Source of the DNA: Mobula hypostoma
Taxonomy: Eukaryota
Direction: 5' to 3'
DNA length: 64,000 nucleotides
Assembly (NCBI RefSeq): GCF_963921235.1
Contig: NC_086107.1
Location: 107,324,001-107,388,000, forward strand
The first letter of the stretch is position 1. Each line of letters starts with the position of its first letter. Position numbers and translations under genes: made by a program. The notes under the pieces are model-generated. The model saw nothing but the letters and a program-made list of their open reading frames with translations, was not told the DNA's origin and ran no database searches. Shown in pieces: positions 1-12,489 of this stretch.

Positions 1-985
1 CTCCCTCTCTCCCCCGCACCCCCTTTTTCTATCTATCTCTATTTCACTCTCTCCCTCTCTCCCCCGCACCCCCCTTTTCTATCTATCTCTATTTCACTCT
101 CTCCCTCTCTCCCCCGCACCCCCTTTTTCTATCTATCTCTATTTCACTCTCTCCCTCTCTCCCCCGCACCCCCTCTCTTTTTCTATCTATCTCTATTTCA
201 CTCTCTCCCTCTCTCCCCCGCACCCCCTTTTTCTATCTATCTCTATTTCACTCTCTCCCTCTCTCCCCCGCACCCCCTTTTCTATCTATCTCTATTTCAC
301 TCTCTCCCTCTCTCCCCCGCACCCCCCTTTTTCTATCTATCTCTATTTCACTCTCTCCCTCTCTCCCCCGCACCCCCTCTCTTTTTCTATCTATCTCTAT
401 TTCACTCTCTCCCTCTCTCCCCCGCACCCCCTTTTCTATCTATCTCTATTTCACTCTCTCCCTCTCTCCCCCGCACCCCCCTTTTTCTATCTATCTCTAT
501 TTCACTCTCTCCCTGTCTCCCCCGCACCCCCTCTCTTTTTCTATCTATCTCTATTTCATTCTCTCCCTCTCTCCCCCGCACCCCCTTTTCTATCTATCTC
601 TATTTCACTCTCTCCCTCTCTCCCCCGCACCCCCCTTTTTCTATCTATCTCTATTTCACTCTCTCCCTGTCTCCCCCGCACCCCCTCTCTTTTTCTATCT
701 ATCTCTATTTCACTCTCTCCCTCTCTCCCCCGCACCCCCTTTTTCTATCTATCTCTATTTCACTCTCTCCCTCTCTCCCCCGCACCCCCTCTCTTTTTCT
801 ATCTATCTCTATTTCACTCTCTCCCTCTCTCCCCCGCACCCCCTTTTTCTATCTATCTCTATTTCACTCTCTCCCTCTCTCCCCCGCACCCCCTTTTTCT
901 ATCTATCTCTATTTCACTCTCTCCCTCTCTCCCCCGCACCCCCCTTTTCTATCTATCTCTATTTCACTCTCTCCCTCTCTCTCAC
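1..985. repeat. Pyrimidine-rich tandem repeat, ~50-bp unit (CTCCCTCTCTCCCCCGCACCCCCTTTTTCTATCTATCTCTATTTCACTCT), ~19 copies, runs off window start
   Basis: Unit visibly repeated from 1 to ~985 with small length variants in the C/T runs. Confidence 0.97.
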
Positions 986-1005
986 ACACACATCTATTTT
1001 CACAG

Positions 1006-1079
1006 GGCGAGCGGAGGTTACAATGAACGATCTTCCTGCTCCCAGTCCCACGCTGCCAACAGCCCGTGGGCAGCGATGG
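1006..1079 (+). other. Candidate exon of an unidentified + strand gene
   Basis: TATTTTCACAG acceptor-like site ending 1005, ATGs at 1023 and 1076, donor-like GG|GTGAGA at 1080, inside the CpG island. No recognised protein. Confidence 0.35.
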
Positions 1080-1450
1080 GTGAGATGTCCCGTCTCCGGC
1101 GCACGGGCGGGGCTCGCAGCTAGAAGCTGTCCGTGCCCGGCGGTGCGGGTCAGTGCCGCCCCTCAGGCTCCCCGAGGACAACGCAATGTATTCCGTGCCC
1201 ACTTCTCCAGCGGGCGAACACATTGCGCTACATGTGCGTGGTGCGTCCGTCTGACCGCTTCATGTCGGCGGCCAGTAGTTAAGCAGATGGTCGCTTAATG
1301 GCTTTCACAGTCAGTGGGGTCCGCTGTCCGGCTGCCGGGAGATTAAACCCACTCCCGGACCTGGACACGTCCCCAAGTCCCTGTTCTGTCGGGGCTACCC
1401 TCACTAACTGCGATTAATCACGCCCGGCGGGATTTCTCGGCCTCCACTCC
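1006..1450. promoter_or_regulatory. CpG-island-like unique segment (putative promoter / 5' gene region)
   Basis: High GC and dense CpG (e.g. CCGGCGCACGGGCGGG, GCGTCCG, GTCGGCGG) against an otherwise CpG-depleted window; not similar to repeats seen elsewhere in the window. Confidence 0.65.
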
Positions 1451-1847
1451 AAAACAACTTGTTAAAGCCTTTAGTTTTCATAACGCTGCGTTCCCACCCA
1501 GAAATAGGGGTAGTTTCAGGGGACTGTTTCCCTCCGCTGAGTTGTCTGGGTTGAGGAGGGGGTGGGGGAAGACGGTACAGTCTCAGAAATAAAGAGGGAG
1601 GGGCGTTTGGGACTGAGATGAGGAGAAAATTCTCCCCCCCCCCGCAGGATGGAGGGGAGCACTTAACACGGGGGCAATCAGAAATAGATTTAATATCACT
1701 GACTTATATGGCATGATATTTAGCAGGTGGGGCTGCAGCTCTTTAGGGAAATTAGCAGCCCAGGTTTCCCACCGAGGCCTTCATTGGGTCTCATTCCCAA
1801 AGGTTGACTGTTTATTCATTTCTGCCTGATCTGTTGAGTTCCTCCAA

Positions 1848-1880
<33 letters not shown>

Positions 1881-4800
1881 CTCTGGATTACCAGCATCTG
1901 CAGAGCCTTTTGTGTAAATGATAGACTTCTTCCCCCCCCCCACCCCTATCTTTCTGGTCCTGATGAAGGGTTTCAGCCTGAAACTTTGACTGTTTATTCC
2001 CTTCCATAGATGCTGCCTGGCCTGCTGAGCTCCTCCAGCATGTTCTAGGTTTTGTTAAAGATTTCCGGCATCTGCAGGATCTCTAGCATCTATGAATTGA
2101 AATCTGCTGTTTTGTGACTGCAATCCAGTGTAAAGACATAAAATTACGATAAATCACAAAAAAATATAGTGCAAAACAAAAGAATGACAAGGTAGCGTTG
2201 GTGGGTTCATGAAACCGTTCAGAAATCTGATGGTGGGGGGGGGGAGAAGAAGCTGTTTCTGTCTTGTTTGGTGTGGGTCTTCAGGTTCCCTGATGGTAGT
2301 AGTGAGAAGGGGCATGTCTCAGATGGAGAAGGTCACCTTACTGATGGATGCCACCTTGTTGAGGCAGAATCTAATGCAGATGTCTTCAGTGGTTGTGCCC
2401 AAGATGGAGTTGGCCGGACAATTAATATTATGAGAATTGAGGGACGTGGGGGAAGTGCAAGAAAATGGGAAATGCAGGCCCTCCCCAGGTAACGAACAAC
2501 CAACTTGTGTCGAGCCCCTACAGAGCAATGAGCTTTTGAGAGAACAGCAGGATGCATTGACTGGTTGCTACGGGGCTGCAGCCATCTTCTGACGGGTAGG
2601 AATGGACTGTGGCAAGACCTTGCAGAGAATTTCAAAGGGTTGAACCAAAGGTCCTGGTTTAACTACAAACACAGGAGATTCTGCAGATGCTGGAAATCTT
2701 GAACAACACACACAAAATATGCTGGAGTGACTCAGCAGGTTAGGCAGCACCTATGGAAGGGAATAAACAGTAACGGGCTAGGATTAGTAGGTTAGGGGCA
2801 TGCTAAGTTGGTACTGGAGGCATGGTGACACTTACGATCTGCCCACAGAACACCTTCAGACTGCGTTGGTACCAATGCAGAACGATGCGTTTCACTGTAT
2901 GTTTGGATGTTTCGATGTGCATGTGACAAATAAAGTCAATATTTAATCTTTTTTACCTTTAACTCTTTGAAGGAGTGAAGAGTCAGGATGGTCATGAGGA
3001 AGGAGAGAGAAAATCCTGTTCTGAAGATGGACAATGAGTCAGCAGGAAGCCTAAGAATCTCCTGTGGAGCAACCAGTCAGGACAACATCTATGGCTTATG
3101 GTCTTGGTTGGAGTCACCAAGCAAAGAGCACAACAATTAGAGCTACTGTCTTACAGCTCCAATGACCCTCGGTCTAAACCTGATCTTGAATACTGACACT
3201 TACGATCTGCCCACAGAACACCTTCAGTTGGCATGCCCTTCTGTGAATATTTGAGCTCCCACTAATGTCTTCTCCATTCCAAAAGGAGTGCTGGTAATTG
3301 GCTAAAATTACACTGGATAACATTTGTTTTTGAAAGTTTTGCTTCCCCAGAAATTTTTTTGTTTGTTATTGACCTCTTGAAGCTGAACACAAATATAATT
3401 TCAGACTACTTACATCACGTAGGAATTTGGAGAAACAAGAAACTAACTTTTATTGAACATAATGTGTTTAATTGGATATCAGTGCTGACGCTTTGCAATA
3501 GTTCAAGTAAGCAAAAAGTGTTCTGTTGATGATTTTTATTTGGACTCAGTGTCTGAGGCTTCTCGCTTAAATGTCCAATGATAATCAGCCAGTATTGATG
3601 GATTCCAGTTGCCCTGCTACTGTTTCCCCATGACCACAATGTCCCGGTGAAACCTCTCACCATGATCGTCACTGATGGTGTCAAGAGTTGCAGGGAATGC
3701 AGAAAATGAATCTTTAGTGACATGTTGCACTTCATGGTTTCAGATTACATTGTGGGCAACATTTTAATTGACTTGAATTATGAATTGATATAACAAATAT
3801 AGGTGAATTTTTAAAAAGTGGTGAAGTGATAGGTAAATTTCATAGTAATTTTCATGATCAGCAGCCCAATATCCATAAGATACATCCAAATGTATTCAGG
3901 AAGCCAAATCTTTGTTGTCCAATGTAATTAATTAATTAGTTAATGGTGGGAAGTAGAATCAAAGTGGAGTTGATCGGTATGTATGAGACAGAATGAGTTG
4001 TGGGTATGGGGAAGTAAAGTGAGGGAGGATGAGACTAATTTGCCTTGGGAGCTGGCATAGCCTGATGGGCTGAATAGCCTCCTTCTATGCTACAAGATTT
4101 ACCCAAGCTTAGTTTGTTGCTAACTTGGTTTACTGGCATTCTACTGGGATGACCAGCCCATGGCCTCCTGTCTACAATGAGCAACGTCTCCTATTCCGTT
4201 TGGGTAACCTTCAACCTGATGGCATCGATTTCTCGAACTTCTGGTAATTTCCCCCCCTCCCCCTTTTAACCATTCCCTCTTATGGCTCCCCTCTTACCTC
4301 TTCACCTGCCAATCACCTCCCCATGCTGCCCCTCCTCCTCCCCTTTCTCCCATGGTCCACTCTCCTCACCTCTCAGATTCTTTCTTCAGCCCTATCATCA
4401 CCTCCCAGCTTCTCACTTCACCCCCTCCTTTCCTGCACCCACTTACCTTACCCTTCACCTGGTTTCACCTATCACCTGCCTGCTTGTGCTACTTCCCTTC
4501 TCCCACCTTCTTATTCTGACTTCTCCACCCCCCCCCCTTTCCAGTCCCCCAGTGAAGGGTCTCGGCACCAAACATCGACTGATTCTGTCTGACCTGATGA
4601 GTTCCTCTGGTATTTTGTGTGTGTTACCCTGAGATGATTTGAATTGTCTGCAGGCTAGCTACATATTACGAGTCTTTACTCTGCCTGATGCCACAGGGAC
4701 CTTCGTTAAACATCGCCCACTCACCCCTCGGTCCACTGCCGCTACTCAGCAGCCCCCCAGTTCAGTCCGAGTTCCACATCAACACCACACCCCAGCCTGA

Positions 4801-6433
4801 CCCAGGTTCACTTCTACACGCCGGTGCCCCCGCCTCCAGCGTATGGAAAATGCACTGCAGACCCACTGAGGCGGAACGCAGTTTGTCAGAAGCTGAACCA
4901 ACCATTAAAGCTGGACTGCCTGGCGACTGACGGACGGTCACATTAAAGTGATTAACCCTTTTCACCCGCATTACTCTCGCCCAACACCGACTATAAATCT
5001 GGGCGGTTAAAAGCCGACAGCCTACTGTCCGCTGAGCTCAGCTAACAATTCACTCAGAGATTTCTTTCGCTACTTCGTCTGCTCAGTATCGCCAACACAG
5101 TCTGTGCTCGTGGTGCTAACTTCCTAGGAGATGGGGAAGAGACCATATGACCATGACAAGGAAGCAGAACCAGGCCATTCAGCCCTTTTGGTCTGCTCTG
5201 CCGTTCTATCATGGCTGATTTATTTTCCATTCTCCTGTCTTCTCCCCATAACCTTTGACACCCTTACCAATCAAGAAGCTATCAACCTCCACTTTAAATA
5301 TACCCAATGATTTGGCCTCCACAGCCGTCCATGGCAATGAATTCCACAGATTCACCACCCTCTGGCTAAAGAAATCCCTCCTCGTTTTTGTCCTAAAGGG
5401 ATGTCCTTCTATTCTGGGAGTGAGGGTGTGCCTTCTGATCCTAGACTCTCCTAATGGAAAACATCAGAGTCAGAATCAGAATCACTGGTTTAGGTCGTGA
5501 AACTCGTCATTTTGCAGCAGGAATACATTGCAACACAGAACAACAAAAACTATAAATTATAATAAGAGGTATTTATAAAAAGCTAAATTAAAAAAGTAGA
5601 GCAAAAAGAGAAAAAAAATATTGAAGTAGTGTTTATGGGTTCAATGTCCATTCAGAAATCTGGTGGCAGAGGGGAAGAAGCTGTTCCTGAATTGTTGACT
5701 GTGAGCCTTCAGGCTTCTGTACCTCCTCCCTGATGGCAACAATGAGAAGAAGGCATGGCCTTCCCACATCCATTCTGTCTAGGCCTTTCATGTGGGAGGA
5801 AATCAGAGCCCGTGGCGGAAACCGTGGGGGTTACAAGGAGATTGTGCAAACTCCACACAGAGAGCACCAGAGGTCCGTATTGAATCCGGGTCGCTGGTGC
5901 TATGAGACAACAGCCCCACAACCTGCAGCACTGTGCTGCTTATGGATGAACCACTGGTACCTTAAGCAGCTGCGTCTGCAGGTCTGGAACCTCTCTTTAA
6001 ACCGCCTCTCCCTTTAAGGTGCTCTTGCAAATCCATTCTACCTAGGCCTTTCAGTAGGCTTCAATAATATCCCCCCTCGTTTTTCTAAACTCCAATGAGT
6101 ACAGGCCCGGAGTCATCAAACACTCCTCATGGTTTTAATCCTTTCATTCCCAGGATTGTTGTCATAAACCCCCTCTGGATGCTCTCCATTGTTGGCACAT
6201 CATTTCTTGGACACGGGGCTCAAAACTGCTGGAGCTGGATGGAAAAGATAGGAAGGAACTGAAGGGCAGTGGGTTACGGAAGGGAGGAGGAAATACTTGG
6301 AGATATGCTAGGAGAGGAGGTGGGAGGAGAAAAGAACAAAAAGAGATAAACAAAAATATAACATTAGAAGTCCTAGGCCATTTACCCCTTTGTTCCTATT
6401 CCTTAATAAGCACGTGGCTGGTCTTTAGTGATG

Positions 6434-6985
6434 CTCTTAGTGGCCACTTTATTAGGTACACATGTACACCTGTCTGTTAATACAAATATCTAACAGCCAA
6501 TCATGTGGCAGCAACTCAATGCATAAAAGCATGCAGACATGGTCAAGAGGTTCCATTCTTGTTCAGAACAAACATCAGAATGGGGAAGAAATGTGATTTA
6601 ATTGACTTTGACTGTGGACTGATTGTTGGTGCCAGACGGGGTGGTTTCAGTTATCTCAAGCTGCTGATCTCCTGGGATTTTCATGCACAGCGGTCTCTGG
6701 AGATTACAGAGAATGGTGAGGAAAAAAACATCCAGTGAGCAGCAGTTCTGTGGGTAGTTAATGAGAGAGGTCAGAGGAGAATGGCCAGACTGGTTCAAGA
6801 TGACAGATACGCGACAGTAACTCATATAACCACGCGTTACAACAGTGGTGTGCAGAAGAGCATCTCTGAATGCACTGCACGTTGAACCTTGAAGTGGATG
6901 GGCTACAGCAGCAGAACACCATGAACATACACACAGTGGCCACTTTATTAAGTACAAGTGGTACCTACTAAATATATGTGAGTAT
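6434..6985 (+). mobile_element. Non-autonomous Tc1-like element with decayed transposase N-terminus
   Basis: TIR-like CAGTGGCCACTTTATTAGGTAC; internal translation MGKKCDLIDFDCGLIVGARRGG resembles the Tc1 paired-like HTH start; same family at 23090, 32503 and 44487. Confidence 0.8.
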
Positions 6986-7129
6986 ATTCTCACATACTTC
7001 CCTCTAACTGATGTTGAATGGAGCTCATTCCAGCATTCTCCCAGAGGACTGTGTACCCATGTGCACAGGGAATCTCTTCTCTCTGCATTTCCTTGCAAAC
7101 TGCCATGGTCTACCGAGAACCCTCTTTAT

Positions 7130-7395
7130 CTACCTCTTTATTTACTTATTGGGGTACAGTGCAGGATAGGCCCTTCCTGCAGTTCGAGCCGTGCTGCCCA
7201 GCAATCCCCCAACTTAACCCTAGCCTAATCATGGGATGATTTACAATGACCAACTAGCCTACCAAATGGTACTGTGGGAGGAAACCCATGTGGTCACGGG
7301 GAGAACGTATAAACTCCTTACAGGCAGCAGCGGGAAGTGAACTCGGGTCACTGGTACTGTAAAGCGTTGCTCTGACCACTACACCACTGTGCTGC
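7130..7395 (-). mobile_element. tRNA-derived V-domain SINE (HE1-like), representative of many copies
   Basis: Reverse complement of GAGTTTATACGTTCTCCCCGTGACC...GTTTCCTCCCACA V-domain motif, tRNA-like head, (AAAT)n tail. Similar copies near 9230, 16665, 26740, 32226, 34176, 40970, 42640 and 62075. Confidence 0.75.
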
Positions 7396-7518
7396 ACGTC
7401 TATACCTTTAATTCTTCCAGATTCAGTCTGTTTCTTTGAACTCTGATTTTATTTGATGTTTGACCAGTATCACAATAAATATGCTTTAATGCGTTAGTTC
7501 TCTATTATGAAAAGTTAG

Positions 7519-7520
<2 letters not shown>

Positions 7521-7550
<30 letters not shown>

Positions 7551-7860
7551 GATAAATAAAGGCATCCGTTAGTCTTGCAAGACCATGGATCTGTGCCTGG
7601 AAAGTCTTCACTCTTTGTGCCTGGGCAAGGTTGTATGGAAGACCAGCAGCTGCCCACGCTGCAGGTCTCCCCTCTCCATGCCACCAATGTTGTCCAAGGG
7701 AAGGGCATTAGGACCCATACAGCTTGGCACCAGTGTCGCCACAGAGCACTGTGTGATTAAGTGCCTTGCTCAAGGACACAACACGTTGCCTCGACTGGGG
7801 CTCGAACTCATGACCTTCAGATCACTAGTCCAATGCCTTAACCACTTGGCCACATGCCCA
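7521..7860 (-). mobile_element. tRNA-derived CORE-like SINE with 11-bp TSD
   Basis: Minus strand has A/B-box head (TGGCCAAGTGG, GTTCGAG), a GTGTCCTTGAGCAAGGCACTTAA CORE-like motif and an (ATTT)n tail; TSD AAAAGTTAGGT at 7510-7520 and 7861-7871. Confidence 0.85.
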
Positions 7861-9529
7861 AAAAGTTAGGTGATACTCTTGATAATTCTTAAGTTTGCCT
7901 CTTTCAAAGGTTGTTGGGGTGGGGGGGAACAGGTCCACACTTGCCGGAACCATCTTTGTTATCCACGCGTTGAGTTATAAATCAGAATCGCACTGTAGGT
8001 TTTTAGATTAGATCACATGTTCATGGAAACATACAGTGAAACGTGCCCTTACTTTTAACAACCCACACACCCAAGGGTGTGCTGGGGGCAGCCCACAAGG
8101 GTCGTCATACATTCCAGCACCAGCAGAGCATACCCACAATGCTCGGCAGAACAACGATGACAAAACAACATCAGCAGGACAACAAAAACAGAATCTGAAT
8201 TATCATCCCGGACATACAGAACAGTACAGGCCCTTTGATCCACAATATTGTGTCAACTTTTAACCTCTAAGGTCAATCTAACCTTTGACCGGTGTCTTAT
8301 AAAGCCTTGGCACTGCACCCTTGCCTTTATATTGTAGTCCTCTTGAAACTGAAATTTGTTATTTGGTGCAAGATGTAAAAAAACAGCAAGTTACAATAAA
8401 AATGAATAAATAAATAGTGCAAGGCAGTGGAAGAGATTCTTGTTGATCTTTACAACGTGGAGGTTCAGGGAAGAGCGCTGGTTGTTTCATTTCCTCTGCA
8501 GCCCGTTTTGTGTTTGTTAGCACTGCCCCACAGTTCACAGCCTTTTCCAAAAATTCACCACAGAGCCCCCCTGGCTTCCTCATGCCATACTGGGACAGAA
8601 AGTTTGGTCAGTTTTCTGTCTGTGTTAGGTTACCATGAGTTGGGCCGCGCTTGCCGGAGACGAGCAATGGAAGGGGGCGACTCCAAGATGGTTGGAGGCA
8701 CGGTAGCATGGCGGCTGGCGTAATGTTGTTACGGTGCCAGTGATCACTGATCGGCGTTCTCTTCCCGCCACTGCTTGCATGCTGTTGCCATTACTGTACG
8801 GGTTTCCTCCAGGTGTTTTCACCCTCATTTCAAAGTCGCATGCTTAAGGTTAATGACAGGTTGCCATGTACGTATGAATGTATTTAATTCCACCCTCCAC
8901 CCTCCCCTATTTCCCACTCTGACCTTTACTTCTTCTCACATGCCTATCACTTCCCCCTGGGTCACCTCCTCGTTCCCTCTCTCCTACGGGCTACTCTCCT
9001 CTCCTATCTCCAGCCCTTGACCTTTCCCACTCACCTGACTTCACCCATCACCTTCCAGATATCCTCCTTCCCCTCCCACCAGCGTTTTATTCTGGCACCT
9101 TACCCCCTTCCTTCTTAGTCCTGAAGAAAGGTCTTGGCCCGCAGTGTCGACTATTTCTTCCTCTCCGTGGATGCTGCCTGACCTGCTGAGTTCCTCCAGC
9201 ACTTTGTGTCTGTTTATTTTTTGTTTAGTGATTGATTGATTGAAATAAAGTGCGGAATAGGCCCCTTCCGGCATTTTGAGCCGCGCTGCCCAGCAACCCC
9301 TGATTTAATCCCAGCCCAATCACAGAACAATTTACAATAACCAATTAGCCTACCAACCGGCACATCCCTGGACTGTGGGTGGAAACCAGAGCACCCAGGG
9401 GAAACCAACATGGTCGCGGGGAGAAGTTACAAACTCCTTACAGGCGGGAATGCGAATGTTGGTGCCGGAAACGTGGTGACACTTGCAGGCTGCCCAACAC
9501 AATCCTCACTGATTTGATTTGACACATTT

Positions 9530-10100
9530 CAGAATCAGAATCAGAATCATATGCCATGAAATCCATTGTCTTTGTGGCAGCAGTACAATGAAATACATGA
9601 TAATAGAGAAAAGAATGTGAATTACAGTAAGTATATATATATATAATAGTTTAAATTAAATACGTAGTGCAAAAATAGAAATTAAAAAAAGGAGTGAGGT
9701 AGTGTTTATGGGTTCAATGTCCATTCAGAAATCAGATGGCAGAGGGGAAGAAGCTGTTCCTGAATCACTGAGTGTGTGTCTTCAGGCTCCTGTACCTCCT
9801 CCCTGATGGTAGCAATGAGAAGAGGGCATGTCCTGGGTGATGGGGGTCCTTAATGATGGACGCTGCCTTTCTGAGGCACCGCTCCTTGAAGACGCCCTGG
9901 ATACTACGTAAGCTCGTGCTCGTGATGGAGCTGACTAATTTTACAACTCTTTGCAGCTGAATTCGATCCTGTGCCGTGAGTGGCCTCCCCATAGCAGGTG
10001 GTAATGCAGCCGGTTAGAATGCTTTTCTGTAGAAATTTGCGAGTGTCTTTGGTGACAAGCCAAATATCCTCAAACTCCAAATGAAATAAAGCCGCTGTAT
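9530..10100 (-). mobile_element. Rex1/Babar-type LINE 3' fragment, representative of many degraded copies
   Basis: ORF 9765-9992 (LQRVVK...IIKDPHHPGHALFSLLPSGRRYRS) matches the Rex1-type ORF2 C-terminus; (TTCTGA)n tail. Related pieces near 14375-15050, 26160-26455, 37000-37500 and 46885-47530. Confidence 0.8.
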
Positions 10101-12033
10101 GTTTCAATATTTCATTGTACATGTGACAAATAGATCTAATCTTTAATCTCTGTCTTTACAGAGGTTGTAGATGAAACCTTTGGTGGTAAGTACGTGGTGA
10201 TGCCGTGTTCTGGTTATATAATTGCGTTGTGATTCCTAAGATATTAAAGAATCAGAATCAAGTTTGATATCACTGGCATATGCCGTGAACTTTGTTGTCT
10301 TTGTGGCAGCAGTACAATGCAATACATGATAACTTAAACCACTCTAAATTACAATAAGAAAAATACGTAACAACTAAGTTAAATAAGTAGTACAAACTTA
10401 CTTACTGCAAATAAATTCAGCCGTCAATCTTCAAATCTGAATTTAGATTGTAGATTAAATTCAAAATGCAGCTCTGAACACAGGTTCCCAAAAGCCTTGA
10501 ATCACAGACCAGACAATGCTGACTGAAATCCATTTTGACGTCTGTGGTGTGGGTGTGAATTGGGAGGTGTGAAGTTTGTGTGTAGTTTCAAAGAAAGCAT
10601 TGTAGTTGCATTGGAGTTCTCCTTCGATGTTCAGCGCCTGGAATATCGGGTAGCTTTGGGCCAGCCACACCTGTCCACTGGAAGCATCTCAATATGATGC
10701 CTGCTGTATTTTCCTTCATCGAATAAAGAGGCAGCTTCATATCTACCAGTACTTTTCCCTGGTGACTTCATTCGCACAGCAGCAGCAGTAGTCGCTGGGC
10801 ATCACCTGCACCATTTTAAACTGGAAGATGGTGAGAGAGAGGGAGAGAGGAAAGGGATTGCTTTGAGTTATCGTTGTTTGTGTTGTACTGCTGGACATTG
10901 TGGGCACGCTATGTTGGCGTCAGAATGCGTGACAACACTTGCGGTCTGCCCCCAGCACACCCTTAGTTGTTAGCTCAAATACTACATTTCACTGTCTCGA
11001 TGTACATGTGATAAATAAATAAATCTGAATCGGAGTCTACTTGGTGGTAGAGGCCTGGGGTTTGGGACGTGCTGTCTGTGTGGGTAACAGCGCCGAGTTT
11101 CCCAGACAGTGCACACTGCAGTAACGACACAGCGGAGGTGTCAGGAATGAGCGTTCAGAGTGATGGATGGCGGGTGCCAATCAAACAGCTGTTTTGTCTG
11201 GATGGTGTCAAAATCTTTGAGTGATCATGAAGCTGATGTGAACAGTTACAAATAGAACGTAGGAATTGAGATGTTGGGAATGATTTGTTAAACAAATGTA
11301 GGTCAGTGGATAACTGTATTTAAAATTCTGAAGGAATGTGAGGGAGTGGATAAGAAATTGTTTCCAGTGATCCAATTATAGAGTCATAGAAAATTAAAGC
11401 ACACAAAAGGCCCTTTGGCCCATCTAGTCCATGCTGAAACATTTAAACTGCCTACTCCCATTGACCTGCACCAGAACCATAGACCTCTATACCCCTACCA
11501 TCCATGTACCTTTCCAAACTTCTCCTAAATGTTGATATTGAGCTCGCATGCGCCACTTGTGCTGGCAGCTCGTTCCACACTCTCACGGCCCTCCGAGTGA
11601 AGACGTTTCCTCATGTTCCCCTTAAAACTTTTCACCTTTCACCCTTCACCCATTACCTCTGGTTGTAGTCCCACTTGCTCTTACCCTGTCTATACCCCTC
11701 ATAGTTTTGTATACCTCTATTAAATCTCCTCTCAATCTTCTATAATCTTCTCACTGACACCATCGGGAAGGAGGTACAGGAGCCTTAGATCCCACACAAC
11801 CAGGTTCAGGAACAGATATTATCTCTCGACTTTCAGGTTCTTGAACCAGCATGGATAACTTGGATTACATGGGTCATTCACCTCAACTCCAAACTGATCC
11901 TACAACCTACAGACTCACTTTCAAGGACTTGACAACTTATGTTCTTAATATTATTTATTATTATTATTTGTTGTTTTATATTTGCACATTTTTCTTTTGC
12001 ACACTGTTTTTTGTCCATTTTAATTCGTGTGTA

Positions 12034-12489
12034 CGAGGGGTGATTGATAAGTTTGTGACCTAAGGTAGAAGGAGATGAGTTATTACCTTCAAACTTTTTG
12101 CATTTTCACTCAAAGAGTTGAACTGCACGTGCATGTAACAAGAGCTGTATAACTCATCTCCTTCTACCTAGGCCATGAACTTATCAATCACCCTTGCTGT
12201 GGATCACCTGGAGGTCCAAGACGCCCTCATTTCATGCATGTGCAGTTAAACCCTTTGAGTGATAATGCAGAAAGTTTGAAGTTAATAACTCATCTCCTTC
12301 TACCTTAGGCCACGAACTTGTCAATCACCCCTGCTGTGGCCCACTTCTACGAAGAAGGGATCCATATGCTCCACGACCGCTGGACTAAGTGTGTAAATGT
12401 AGTAGGGGACTATGTTGAAAAATAAGTGTGCCAGGTTTTCTAAAATTGACTCCTTCTACCTCGGCTATGAACTTATCAATCACCCCTTG
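12034..12489 (+). mobile_element. Mariner deletion derivative (MITE) with TA TSD
   Basis: TA|CGAGGGGTGATTGATAAGTT ... AACTTATCAATCACCCCTTG|TA terminal inverted repeats; 12345-12425 encodes FYEEGIHMLHDRWTKCVNVVGDYVEK*, a mariner transposase C-terminus. Confidence 0.9.

Noticed and set aside
909..1298. ORFs 909-1223(-) and 1023-1298(+) as complete genes
   Set aside because: GC-rich CpG-island ORFs with no recognisable homology, one running into the tandem repeat; only the 1006-1079 portion is kept as an exon candidate.
3520..3560. C/D box snoRNA (TGATGA...CTGA)
   Set aside because: Only ~30 nt between boxes and no convincing terminal stem or recognisable guide.
10395..10445. Minus-strand mini-exon with GTAAGT donor
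   Set aside because: Stops in all three frames and a weak pyrimidine tract.
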